Source: Candidatus Latescibacterota bacterium (GTDB lineage Bacteria; Latescibacterota; UBA2968; UBA8231). From it: 64,000 nucleotides of DNA. The stretch covers positions 416,001 to 480,000 of the forward strand of contig OZ244561.1 of NCBI GenBank assembly GCA_965217585.1, in the 5' to 3' direction. Below are positions 37,200-46,358 of this stretch, piece after piece. The position numbers and the translations under genes were made by a program. The notes under the pieces are model-generated. The model ran no database searches, was not told the origin of the DNA, and was given only the letters and a program-made list of their open reading frames with translations. Every line of letters starts with the position of its first letter. Positions within the stretch are counted from its first letter, which is position 1.

Positions 37200-39188
37200 T
37201 CAGGGCTGTCGCCACTGCAATCGCGCCAAAGCGCGCTGGGCTTTGGCGTACTCAGGGGCCAAGCTCAGGGTCAGGCGGTAGAACTCGTCCGCTTTGTCGA
37301 ATTGGCCCAAGTCGTGGTAGGCCGCCCCTAAATTAAAGGCGATTAAGTGATTGCCGGGCGCGGCTTTTAGAGCTATGGCAAAATAATCAACCGCCCGCTC
37401 CAACGCCCCTTGCCGAACCTCAATCAAGCCCAATTCATTGGCCGCCTGCGCCCGCACCTCGTCCCCGCTTAGCGCCGCCGCAAAGGCTTCCCGGGCCTGC
37501 TTTGTTGCCCCCATTTTCTTATAGACCCGTCCCAGAGACAGAAAAACCGCTGCGTCGGCCTCTTGTGCCAAAGCTTGGCGGTAGTGCTCCACCGCTTGCT
37601 CGTATCGTCCCGTAGCCCGGTACAGAGCCGCCAAGTTGAGGTGCAACCCTCGATCGTCGGGCGCTTGCGCCAAGGCCTGCCGATAAACCGCCTCGGCTTC
37701 GCCGTAGCGCCTCATGGCCGCCAGCGCCGCGCCTAGATTATGGTGGGCCCGCAGGTATGCTGGATCGAGTTGCACGGCGGTCCCAAAGGAGCGCACCGCA
37801 GCCGCGTACTGCCCCCGTTGGGCCTGGACGCGCCCCAGATCAAAGTGTATTTCCGCGTCGGCCAAGGGGTCGGTCGGCCGCAAGCCAGCGTTGGCGGCTA
37901 CCCCTAGCAAGACGACAAAAGCCAAACCGATTCCCAAGGAACGCCACTGCCGGTCCTGCCCCTGTTGCACCAGCCAGATCAGGGTGTACCCGGCAAAGAG
38001 CAGCAGCATCGGCACCACGGGCAGGCGATAGCGGCCGGTAATAAAAAAGACAAGAAGCGAAGCGCTGTACGCCCCCGTGCAGAGCAGCAGCAAGCCCGCC
38101 TGGAGTCGGTGCCGCCAAGCCAGCACCATGCCCAGAGCGGCCAAGGGCCCCAGCAGCCCAAAAGGAAAGGCGAAGTGATGGATTTTCCACAGCAAGACGC
38201 TCATCAGCCAAGAATAGGTGCGGGCGAAGTACACGTCTTGGTTGCGCTTGATTTCCTCACCCCGCGCCAATAAGAACGCCTTGTACCCCAACAACCGCAC
38301 AAAATCCACGGGCGCACTAGCGATCCAGTCGCCGGCTTGCCGGTAGAAATAGGCCGAGCGCTCCGCGTACCCCACTTGGCCCGCTGCCATCGGCTGCTCC
38401 ATTAAGGCCTCCCATTCCGGCCCGGGGCGGATCCCCACCAAGCGGTCGTAATCGGGATGATTGCCCAAGTAGAAATTCACGCCGCCGTTCCAGGACAAGG
38501 GGATGAACTCGCCGCTGACCGCCCAGTTTCTCGCCGTCACCGCGCCGACCACGGCGCTGGCGGCCGCCGCAAAAAGCAGGCACCAGCCCAGCTTGGTTCG
38601 CGCTGCTCGCTCGGCGCTCTTCCAGTACCACAGGCAGGCGCAGGGAGCCAACAGGGCCGCATTGGGCACGGCGACTATGGCCAAGCCTTGGACGAGGCCA
38701 GCGGCTAGGGCCTGTCCCCATCCCCGGCCGGGCTGGAGCAGGATAAAGAGCAACAGGAGATTGAGAAAAACAGCTAGCGCGGTGGGTAGCAGCTCGCCTT
38801 CAAAATAGATGGAGGGTCCGTATAGACAGGCCATGACCCCAGCGAGGAGACCGACTCGGGCACCAAAAACCTGCTGGCCGATGCCAAAAACTAAGGCACA
38901 AGAGGCCGCTCCCAAGAGGAACTGAATAAATCGGGGCGTCCAGAACAAGTCGCCGGAAACGGCGTAAATTGAGGCGAGAAAATAGGGGTATAGAGGCGGC
39001 TGCCAAAAGGGCTTGTCCCCCACCCAAGACACCTCGGCGATCTGCCGCGCCTGAGCCACATAGGAGTGGGCGTCCACTACCGGCGCAAAGAAAAAGGGAT
39101 TGTCCCCGCTGTGCCCCAGATAGACCAGGCGCACGACCAAAGCTAGGAGCAAGAGACCACCTGCCACCCCCAGCTCGCGCCGGCTCAT
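37200..39188 (-). CDS. GT-C fold (family 39/PMT/ArnT-like) membrane glycosyltransferase with C-terminal TPRs
   Basis: VVDAHSY..QA, PFWQPPLYPYFLA, many TM segments, RYRLPVVP, then TPRs; start reassigned to ATG 39188. Confidence 0.8.
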   Translation of the reverse strand: MSRRELGVAGGLLLLALVVRLVYLGHSGDNPFFFAPVVDAHSYVAQARQIAEVSWVGDKPFWQPPLYPYFLASIYAVSGDLFWTPRFIQFLLGAASCALVFGIGQQVFGARVGLLAGVMACLYGPSIYFEGELLPTALAVFLNLLLLFILLQPGRGWGQALAAGLVQGLAIVAVPNAALLAPCACLWYWKSAERAARTKLGWCLLFAAAASAVVGAVTARNWAVSGEFIPLSWNGGVNFYLGNHPDYDRLVGIRPGPEWEALMEQPMAAGQVGYAERSAYFYRQAGDWIASAPVDFVRLLGYKAFLLARGEEIKRNQDVYFARTYSWLMSVLLWKIHHFAFPFGLLGPLAALGMVLAWRHRLQAGLLLLCTGAYSASLLVFFITGRYRLPVVPMLLLFAGYTLIWLVQQGQDRQWRSLGIGLAFVVLLGVAANAGLRPTDPLADAEIHFDLGRVQAQRGQYAAAVRSFGTAVQLDPAYLRAHHNLGAALAAMRRYGEAEAVYRQALAQAPDDRGLHLNLAALYRATGRYEQAVEHYRQALAQEADAAVFLSLGRVYKKMGATKQAREAFAAALSGDEVRAQAANELGLIEVRQGALERAVDYFAIALKAAPGNHLIAFNLGAAYHDLGQFDKADEFYRLTLSLAPEYAKAQRALARLQWRQP

Positions 39189-39203
39189 TGGGGCTGCTGA
39201 GCC

Positions 39204-39234
39204 AATTCGTAATTCATAATTCGCAATTCGTAAT
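39204..39234. repeat. Heptamer tandem repeat (AATTCGT)x4, degenerate
   Basis: AATTCGT AATTCAT AATTCGC AATTCGT AAT. Confidence 0.85.
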
Positions 39235-39255
39235 GTGGAGCCGCCGATCGTCGGC

Positions 39256-40182
39256 CTAGGGCACGTACTCGTGTAGATCCGCGATCCAGTTGTACCCTTC
39301 TTGGTCCTCCCACTTGTGGGCCCCGCCCATGACGAAAATTCGCTCGCCGACATTCGCAGTGGCCATCCAGGCCTTTTTCACCGGCATGGGGGTCTCGCTC
39401 GACCAAATGCCGGCGTCGATATCGTACACTTCGACCTCGGTGTGATAGGGCACTGATCCGCCCCAGCCGCCAAAAACATAGATCTTGCGCCCCACGGCCA
39501 AACAGCCCGGATCGCAGCGCGGCGTGGGAATGGGCGGCAGCGGCGACCAACGGCCGGAATCTGGGTCGAAGACATTGAAGTCGGGCCGGGGCCCGTCGCC
39601 GCCGATCCCGGTCGCGGCGTAGATCTTGTCGTCCACCACGGCAACTCCAGGTCCCTGGACCGCCACGGGCAGGGGCACTCCCAAGGTCCAGCAGGCCGCG
39701 TCTGGAGCGAAGACCTCGACGCGGTCCAAGTGCCGCTGGCCGATCTCGGGCTCGGCGTTCATGCTGTTGCCGCCGACCGCGTAGATCTTCCCCTTGCAGA
39801 CAACGGCCACCAGACCGGCCCGGGGTTTGCTCAAGGGCGCGGCTGTGGACCAAGTCTGCGTCTTTAGATTCAAAACCTCGACACTGTCGCGGATTTCAAA
39901 GTGGTAGTCGTCGCCGCTTTGCCGCTTTTCCTCCTCCGTGCGCACCCGCTTGCCGCCACAGGCGTAAATCTCGTCGCCAATCCGCGCCGCACCGAACCAC
40001 CCCCGCTGCGTGGGAATGGGCGGTCCCTGCCGCCAGGTGTCGCTGGCTACGTCGTAGATTTCAACCGCGTGGACCGTCTGGTCTCCGGCCCCGGAAATGG
40101 CATAGATCTCGCCGTCGACAGCAATGGCCTGCAGGTCGTGCCGATTGGTCGGCATGGGTGCTTTTTCGATCCACACTCCCAT
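39256..40182 (-). CDS. Kelch-repeat beta-propeller protein
   Basis: About six repeats of IYxxGG...VEVYD....W....PMP. Confidence 0.9.
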   Translation of the reverse strand: MGVWIEKAPMPTNRHDLQAIAVDGEIYAISGAGDQTVHAVEIYDVASDTWRQGPPIPTQRGWFGAARIGDEIYACGGKRVRTEEEKRQSGDDYHFEIRDSVEVLNLKTQTWSTAAPLSKPRAGLVAVVCKGKIYAVGGNSMNAEPEIGQRHLDRVEVFAPDAACWTLGVPLPVAVQGPGVAVVDDKIYAATGIGGDGPRPDFNVFDPDSGRWSPLPPIPTPRCDPGCLAVGRKIYVFGGWGGSVPYHTEVEVYDIDAGIWSSETPMPVKKAWMATANVGERIFVMGGAHKWEDQEGYNWIADLHEYVP

Positions 40183-40324
40183 CTGGTCCTCCTGACGCGC
40201 TCGTTGCAGTTAGACTTAAATTTCTGCTAAAGATAGGCCCAGCGACGACTAGCTCCAACAACCGCACGAGCCGTTTTATGTGATCGCACCCAACGGGAAT
40301 GCGGTCAGTGTGGCGTATTGAATA

Positions 40325-40389
40325 AATTAGGAATTGACCAATTGACCAATTCCTAATTCCTAATTCCTAATTCCTAATTCCTAACTCTC
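40325..40389. repeat. Heptamer/octamer tandem repeat with (AATTCCT)x5 and an inverted lead unit
   Basis: AATTAGG AATTGACC AATTGACC (AATTCCT)5 AACTCTC. Confidence 0.9.
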
Positions 40390-40398
40390 AATCCTCGC

Positions 40399-42435
40399 TC
40401 ACCATATCAACACGAAATTGCCCTGCTTCCCGGTGATAAAATCAATCACCAGCCAAGTGCCGGCCACCACAAAGGCACCCAAGATCATGCCGACGAAAAA
40501 GTACCGGGTCTGACGGTACAAAACGCCGCCGCCGTATTTGAGCACCACGCCCTTTATCGCCCAGGCCAAAAAGACGTTGAACCACATCACCCCCGAGGTG
40601 AAGACCGTCCCGGTCATGGCCAAACCCAGCGGATGAATGGGCCACCACATGACCCGCTGATGCACCCCGATCAGCAGCCACATCAGCCCAGCGCCCACAC
40701 CCGTAAACAGCCAGCCGCCTAGATCCGTAGTCGAGGGACTGCTCATCATCATCGAGATATAGGAGAGGGGAACGGAGGAAGAGGTGAACCAAAACCAGCC
40801 ATTGAGATTGATCCCGCCGTGCCGATAGGACAGGTACAGCACAATCCAGAACGCGCCCGCCAAAGTAACCACCAAGGCCAGCACCATGCCCCAGAAAAAG
40901 GCCCGCTTTCTCCCCCGCACCACCTCGTGGATCATCTTCAGGCTATTGGCGCAAGCCGCCATCGGGAAGGTGACGATATCCGCAGTCCACGGATAGGTGT
41001 AGGCCAGTCCGGTCAAGCCCTTTGGCCCGAGGAAGGAGGAGCCCATGCTGGCCATGACAAAATCGGGCGCGATCAGCGGCGCCCTCACCAGTGCCACCCC
41101 AGCCTCGGCGACAATCCGCGACAAGGCGATGAAAATCAGCATCGCCACCGCGACTAAGAGCAATACCGCCACCAAAGGGATGCCCAAAGCCTCGAGCCAC
41201 ACTACCATGACAACCAAGCCCACCAGCACCGTCCACAAGGCCGCCCGGTACGACATAATCTCGTCGCCATCGTCGCCACCGCCGCGGCTGAAAGCCCGAC
41301 GCGCCACCGCCAGCAAGTGGGAGCGGGCCTTCCACAAAGTATATAGCGCAAATACCAGCATGGCCCCGAGGGCCTGATGGGTCAGATAGGGGGAACTGGG
41401 ATTGCTAAACCAGCCCAGTTTTTCCGTACTGTGGACGCCGAGAATATTGAAACAGCCTTGCTCGACCAAGGCCAGCAAATAGAAAAACCAGATTCCCAAG
41501 GCTAGGTTGCGGTTGATGAAATAGGAAAAACCCACCAGCGAAAAAGAAAACTCAAAGGGCAAGTTGATGGTATCGCGGAACAAGTACATACTGGAGCGAA
41601 AGTACAGCGACGGCCATTGCGGATAGTAATTGTGCAGGGCGTTGCAGCAGCCCACTAGAACGGGCAGGGCAAAACCGATCCACATCTGCGGCTGGCGGAA
41701 GACCGCGCCCACCAAGGACGCCCCCTCGCGTCCGTTGATCATCTCAATGGGAACCTGCATCATCGGATAGAGCAGGCGTTCCCCGTCCATCCACGGCCGG
41801 CGCAAAAGCACCATCAGGCCAATCGACACTAGGTAGAGGGCGATGAGGAAAACGGCCCAATAGCCCAACGCCTCCAACCAGCCTTCCCAAGGCACCGGCA
41901 TCCCCTTGGGCAGGCCCTCGTAGAAATCTTGGATCAATTGCTCATCGCTGGGGGCGATCCAAGCGGGAACATAGGGCTGGATCAGCTCACCCCAATTGTT
42001 TTCGGGGGTGGCGTAATAGAAGACCCCCGTGATCATGGGCAGCAAGTGCTCGACCAAGCCAAAGGTGGGAATCGAGGCCGACACCATCATCATGACGTAG
42101 ATCAGCACCAACTCTTCCCGCCTCAGCGCTAAATTGCGGGCCAAGGTTCCCACCAGGATATTGCCCAACACTAGGTAGAAGAACAGGAAGAGAGCGACTG
42201 GGTTGCTGAAGCACCAAGCCATGAAGGTGCCCTGGATGATGGCGTTGGCGTAGATGGTGCCGACGCCAATGAGCAGGCACAACAGGGCTCCCAACAAAAA
42301 GGCCCGGATGGAAAGGGGCTGGCTCTCCTCGGCAGGAGTTTCTCTCAAGCTGGCCTGTCTGATAAAGGTCTCAGCCATTCGCTCCGACCTCGCCCGTCGG
42401 GCATCCGACTCGCTATGGGAGCCTCTAGGAGCCAT
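40399..42435 (-). CDS. Polytopic membrane protein, DUF6785/DUF6784-like putative transporter
   Basis: More than 14 hydrophobic segments; LRREELVLIYVMM, YYATPENNW, WMDGERLLYP, WWPIHPLG, VLKYGG. Confidence 0.7.
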   Translation of the reverse strand: MAPRGSHSESDARRARSERMAETFIRQASLRETPAEESQPLSIRAFLLGALLCLLIGVGTIYANAIIQGTFMAWCFSNPVALFLFFYLVLGNILVGTLARNLALRREELVLIYVMMMVSASIPTFGLVEHLLPMITGVFYYATPENNWGELIQPYVPAWIAPSDEQLIQDFYEGLPKGMPVPWEGWLEALGYWAVFLIALYLVSIGLMVLLRRPWMDGERLLYPMMQVPIEMINGREGASLVGAVFRQPQMWIGFALPVLVGCCNALHNYYPQWPSLYFRSSMYLFRDTINLPFEFSFSLVGFSYFINRNLALGIWFFYLLALVEQGCFNILGVHSTEKLGWFSNPSSPYLTHQALGAMLVFALYTLWKARSHLLAVARRAFSRGGGDDGDEIMSYRAALWTVLVGLVVMVVWLEALGIPLVAVLLLVAVAMLIFIALSRIVAEAGVALVRAPLIAPDFVMASMGSSFLGPKGLTGLAYTYPWTADIVTFPMAACANSLKMIHEVVRGRKRAFFWGMVLALVVTLAGAFWIVLYLSYRHGGINLNGWFWFTSSSVPLSYISMMMSSPSTTDLGGWLFTGVGAGLMWLLIGVHQRVMWWPIHPLGLAMTGTVFTSGVMWFNVFLAWAIKGVVLKYGGGVLYRQTRYFFVGMILGAFVVAGTWLVIDFITGKQGNFVLIW

Positions 42436-42437
42436 TG

Positions 42438-43268
42438 CTAGCAGAAAGCCCGGTACGCTTCCACCAGTTTGGTCGCCCCCTCCAAGATCAGGTTGCGCTC
42501 GTCCTCGGCCTCAAAGAACAAGGCTCCCTGTTCCACCCAGCGCCGGGCCGCCTCTGGCCCCGAAGCCGTGGTGCCGAACGGGATCCCGTGCTTTTTGCAC
42601 AATTGTAGGATCTCTTCCATCGGACCGCGCACAGCCGGGTGGTCCGGCTGCCCCGGCTGCCCCATTTCCACGGAAAAATCGCCCGGCCCGACATAGACCA
42701 TATCTACCCCCGGCGTCGAGACGATTTCCTCGGCCCGCTCGTAGGCCCGTCGCGTCTCTATGTGTACCACGAGGGATATTTCCTCGTCCTGTGTCGCCAT
42801 CCAAACCCGGTGGTCCGCGACTTTGCAATAGTCGCTGTTGCCGTACCCCGGCGCGGCGGCCCGGGTGCCCAAGGGTGGAAACTTGAGATAGCTGCGCAAG
42901 GTCTTGATGTCCGCCCGCGATTCCGTGCGCGGAAGCTGTAGCCCCACCACGCCGCATTCCAACAGCTTGGCCACTGCGGCTCGTTCTAGCTGCGGGGTTT
43001 TGGCAATGACCGGCAGGCCGTTGTCGCGTGCAGCTTGCACGGTATCGGCTAGCGCGGTTAAATCGAAATAGCCGTGTTCAAACTCGATGTAGATAAAATC
43101 GCAGCCGGCCTGCTGGAAACACTTGACCAGCGACGGCCGCACGTACTCGGCAATCATGCCACCCACCAATACCTCCCCGGCCCGCAAACGAGCCTTGAGC
43201 TGGCGTCCAGGGCCTCCTTCGGGATAGAGGTAGGTATTGAGCGGTTTGTCGGCGACAGGTTTGGGCAT
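42438..43268 (-). CDS. HpcH/HpaI aldolase/citrate lyase family protein
   Basis: GCDFIYIEFEHG, KFPPLGTR, VVHIET, VDMVYVGPGDFS. Confidence 0.88.
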   Translation of the reverse strand: MPKPVADKPLNTYLYPEGGPGRQLKARLRAGEVLVGGMIAEYVRPSLVKCFQQAGCDFIYIEFEHGYFDLTALADTVQAARDNGLPVIAKTPQLERAAVAKLLECGVVGLQLPRTESRADIKTLRSYLKFPPLGTRAAAPGYGNSDYCKVADHRVWMATQDEEISLVVHIETRRAYERAEEIVSTPGVDMVYVGPGDFSVEMGQPGQPDHPAVRGPMEEILQLCKKHGIPFGTTASGPEAARRWVEQGALFFEAEDERNLILEGATKLVEAYRAFC

Positions 43269-43288
43269 AGTCTACTTTCTCTTTCTCC

Positions 43289-43386
43289 AATAGATCATCG
43301 CGGCTACGGCGTCTTCAAACCGAGCGGTTGTCCAGCGCATAGGCGCGGTTATCGCCGCCGCGGAACAGCGAGCAGCGCTGGGCAGC
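43289..43386 (-). repeat. Duplicated 3' end of the PhyH gene (direct repeat of about 44088-44200)
   Basis: 43301-43359 is identical to 44099-44157 (59 bp); similarity continues after a 15-bp deletion. Confidence 0.9.
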
Positions 43387-43412
43387 CGGCGACTGCAAAA
43401 CCTTCGGCTGGC

Positions 43413-43772
43413 TTATTGGCTCTCCGGCACACGCCAGGTACTCTGTGCAATATCCCGCATGACCACTAGTAAACCGGGCCACTCCGCGTCGTCAAATTGC
43501 CGCAACGCTTGCATAATGCGTTGGTGTATCCTGTGTCGGTTCGGTCGCCGTAGCCGTATGATGATCACCCCATGATGTGCCATCGTCCGGTAATGCATGA
43601 ACCCCTTGTCAGTCGTAATCAATAGGTACTCTTCCCGCTGCGCCATCTCCCACAACGCGTCATCTTGCATCCCTTCATCTGGGGTACCGCGAATATCACG
43701 GACGGCATGCCCCATCATGCGCAGGACTTGGACAGTCATGAGGGGGATATGCTCATCGACAAATATCTTCAT
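43413..43772 (-). CDS. DUF5615 PIN-like toxin
   Basis: MKIFVDEHIP, QDDALWEMA, LLITTDKGF, HHGVIIIRL; overlaps the DUF433 gene. Confidence 0.85.
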   Translation of the reverse strand: MKIFVDEHIPLMTVQVLRMMGHAVRDIRGTPDEGMQDDALWEMAQREEYLLITTDKGFMHYRTMAHHGVIIIRLRRPNRHRIHQRIMQALRQFDDAEWPGLLVVMRDIAQSTWRVPESQ

Positions 43773-44011
43773 GCCTCGTCCGAGAGCAGCTCAAGAGGTG
43801 TTACCTGTTCTTCAGCCAATGACGCCGCATAGTCGAAGCAAGCGAGAATGTCTTCCAATTGCACAGAAGGATATTCTTGCAGGAGCGTTTCAATGGTATC
43901 CCCGTTGGCAAGCATCCGAAGGATTTGATGCACAGGAATGCGCGTCCCTTTAATACATGCTTGGCCGTGACACACTTTGGGATCAACGGTAATTCGGTTG
44001 TCCATGTTCAC
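43769..44011 (-). CDS. DUF433 antitoxin
   Basis: RITVDPKVCHGQACIKGTRIPV..IL..LA.G..IE.LLQEYP. Confidence 0.92.
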   Translation of the reverse strand: MNMDNRITVDPKVCHGQACIKGTRIPVHQILRMLANGDTIETLLQEYPSVQLEDILACFDYAASLAEEQVTPLELLSDEA

Positions 44012-44112
44012 ACCTCCTGACTTTATAGCGCAATCAATATCTACGTTGGTGGTCTGTCAATCAGCCGTTTTGGGGATGATTGCAAGAATAGAATATCACG
44101 GCTACGGCGTCT

Positions 44113-44925
44113 TCAAACCGAGCGGTTGTCCAGCGCATAGGCGCGGTTATCGCCGCCTATTTGCCAAGTGCCGCGGAACAATGAGCGGCGCTTGGGCAGC
44201 ATGGCCTCGATGATCTCGTGGCTGAGGTTGAGCCGGTGCCATTGGGCCCACAGGGAATTGTAGCAATTGAACACGGCGCAGCGCGGATTGTCCGAGTTGC
44301 GCCAATCGTTGGCTGCGTGTAGCAGGCTTTCGGTGAAGACAATGGCCGAACCGGGCGGGCAGCTATATTGGGCCATGGCCGCCCGCATGCGTCCCTCCCA
44401 GGGCGATTCGCCTATATTGGGCCGGTTGGGATCGGGGCCGCCGTAGTTGAAATGCGCCTTGTGCGAACCGGACAGAAACGTGGTGCCTCCCTGACCGGCT
44501 TTCACTTCTTCAAGCTCCCACACCACCCGCGTCAGCCCGGAAAATATCTTGTTGCCCGCCACTTGGTAGCGCATGGCATTGGCCTGTTGCGGCGGCCGCA
44601 CCACATGCGGCAGGCCGGTGCCCTTGTCGCTTTTCCAGCCGACCTGCCGCACCGTGATAAAGGAATTTTCGCAGCGGAAGCTGTAGTACTCGTCCCCGAG
44701 GTACGGCTCTTCAGCGAGGATCTCGGTGAGGATGCCGACCACCGCCGGATGGTCCAAAAGCTCCTGTAAGGCACCTTGGTAGCCCTGTTTGGTGCCGTCG
44801 TACACCTCGGCCTTCATCGCTGCGATTTCCGCTTCAGACAGCACCGAGGGCAACAAGATCCAGCCTTGGAGGTCGAAAAAAAACTTCTGCTCTTCGGTCA
44901 TGGGCACGGCACTATGCTCGCTCAT
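44113..44925 (-). CDS. Phytanoyl-CoA dioxygenase (PhyH) family Fe/2OG enzyme
   Basis: EEQKFFFDLQGW, GGTTFLSGSHKA, PPGSAIVFTESLLHA. Confidence 0.8.
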   Translation of the reverse strand: MSEHSAVPMTEEQKFFFDLQGWILLPSVLSEAEIAAMKAEVYDGTKQGYQGALQELLDHPAVVGILTEILAEEPYLGDEYYSFRCENSFITVRQVGWKSDKGTGLPHVVRPPQQANAMRYQVAGNKIFSGLTRVVWELEEVKAGQGGTTFLSGSHKAHFNYGGPDPNRPNIGESPWEGRMRAAMAQYSCPPGSAIVFTESLLHAANDWRNSDNPRCAVFNCYNSLWAQWHRLNLSHEIIEAMLPKRRSLFRGTWQIGGDNRAYALDNRSV

Positions 44926-45053
44926 AGTATTCTCCTGTGAGTCGCTTGAGCTTCTCTTGGTAGATTGTCGTCGAAGAAGCGGCGCTGTTTTTCCTCCAGT
45001 AGGACCAATTCCATTGCTGATTTTACCTCAATGTGTCGAGTGGACCTGAAGCT

Positions 45054-45515
45054 CTAGATCAACTCGGCTTCGCAGCGGGGACACTGTTCCCACGCCGGCG
45101 ATTCCACCGGCTTGTCGCAATCTGGGCACAAGCCGAGAGGATGCTCGTCCTCGCGGCAGCGACGGCCGTCTTTGTAGGTAATGCGACGCCAGACCGTCTC
45201 TCCGTCAGTAGCGTAAAAAGTCCAAGTCCCTGTCTTGCGTCCGTCCGTGCTCTTGCCGCGATATTCGTTGAATTGCCCGGTCTGTTTTCGTTTGCCGTTT
45301 TCATAGTAGGCCACGTGGTCGCCGGTGGGCTGGTTTTCTCGGTAGTGATTGATACTGGCTGGCTGGCCGTTTTTGTGGTACTCCACCCATTTACCCGTCT
45401 TTTTGCCCATGTCGAAAGCGCCTTCGCGCCGCTTGCCGCCGTCGGCGTAGTACAGCACCCAAGGGCCGTGTTTTTTGCCGTTTTTGTACTCGACGTCTTC
45501 GAGATGGCTGGCCAT
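45054..45515 (-). CDS. MORN-variant repeat (YwqK-like) protein with a C-terminal zinc ribbon
   Basis: YKNGKKHGPW..YYADG, GKWVEYHKNG, YYENGKRK; CPDC-x9-CPRC. Confidence 0.75.
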   Translation of the reverse strand: MASHLEDVEYKNGKKHGPWVLYYADGGKRREGAFDMGKKTGKWVEYHKNGQPASINHYRENQPTGDHVAYYENGKRKQTGQFNEYRGKSTDGRKTGTWTFYATDGETVWRRITYKDGRRCREDEHPLGLCPDCDKPVESPAWEQCPRCEAELI

Positions 45516-45550
45516 TAATTTATTTTCTTCGCATTAATTCGCCGGTGTGT

Positions 45551-46264
45551 TTACCGGTTGGCCTTCAGCGCCCCCCAACTGGTGTGGGTCACGGCGGTAG
45601 CAGCGGTAGTACGAGTGTACGCGCGGGTGCGGTCGATACCATCCAAGCCCAAGAAAGTAAGTAGAAGACTATCGCCTGCGATTTGGTACGTACCAGTGAA
45701 CTCCATTTGCCCTACCCAAAAGTTGATGGGAGGGGAAAAGAGTTGCTCTAAGTCGGCTCGGTGTTCCTCAGACATCGCTTCTCCATCGCCGATCTCGTAA
45801 ATATCCATAGTGGAAATTTCGGACCACTCGACCTCAGTATCACCCTCATATATGCTGATTTCGTCGATCTCGATCCACAGGCTGTCGCCAGCGGTGCGCC
45901 AAGTACCTATCCAGTCGTAGGTCGCAGCTTTGTTGAAGAGGTCCAATTCTTCTAAGTCCGCCAATGCTTCGTCGGTCAGACCGTCGAAGTAATCAACATT
46001 CAGGGAGTCGAGGCGAACGGTCCACTCTTCTCTAAAGGTCCCGTCTTCTCTGAAGGTCGCGCGGCGGGTAGATTGGCCCGCCAACGTGTCGTAGAAAACG
46101 GTGGCGTTTTCAAGGGTCAACTCGTCTAGGGCGTCGATATGTTTCCAAGCAAAGCCCACCACCTCGATTCCGTCTTGTCTATATTCCCAAGTACCCAGCA
46201 ATCCGTCTTGACCAGCGGCGGGCAAGGCCCAGAGGGCGCATAGGATAGTTATACGGCGCAGCAT
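45551..46264 (-). CDS. Secreted acidic lipocalin-like protein with a TAV...SWGALK tail
   Basis: Signal peptide MLRRITILCALWALPAAG, LLGTWEY, GTWRTAGDSL, GTYQIAGDSL; start reassigned to 46264. Confidence 0.7.
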   Translation of the reverse strand: MLRRITILCALWALPAAGQDGLLGTWEYRQDGIEVVGFAWKHIDALDELTLENATVFYDTLAGQSTRRATFREDGTFREEWTVRLDSLNVDYFDGLTDEALADLEELDLFNKAATYDWIGTWRTAGDSLWIEIDEISIYEGDTEVEWSEISTMDIYEIGDGEAMSEEHRADLEQLFSPPINFWVGQMEFTGTYQIAGDSLLLTFLGLDGIDRTRAYTRTTAATAVTHTSWGALKANR

Positions 46265-46358
46265 GACAGGTCTTCTCTCTATATGCGGAATGGTATAGGT
46301 ACAATCTACATCCCCTACCTTTCGGATCAAAGAATTTCCATTGCCGACATCGGTTCCC

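Noticed and set aside
39189-39353. N-terminal extension of the GT39/TPR ORF
   Set aside because: It runs through the heptamer repeats and overlaps the Kelch gene; ATG 39188 directly precedes the first TM helix
40325-40389. CRISPR array
   Set aside because: Repeat units are 7-8 bp with no unique spacers, and no cas genes are present
45054-45515. YwqK-like protein as the antitoxin of a polymorphic toxin pair
   Set aside because: No adjacent toxin gene is recognisable, and MORN-variant repeats occur in many other contexts
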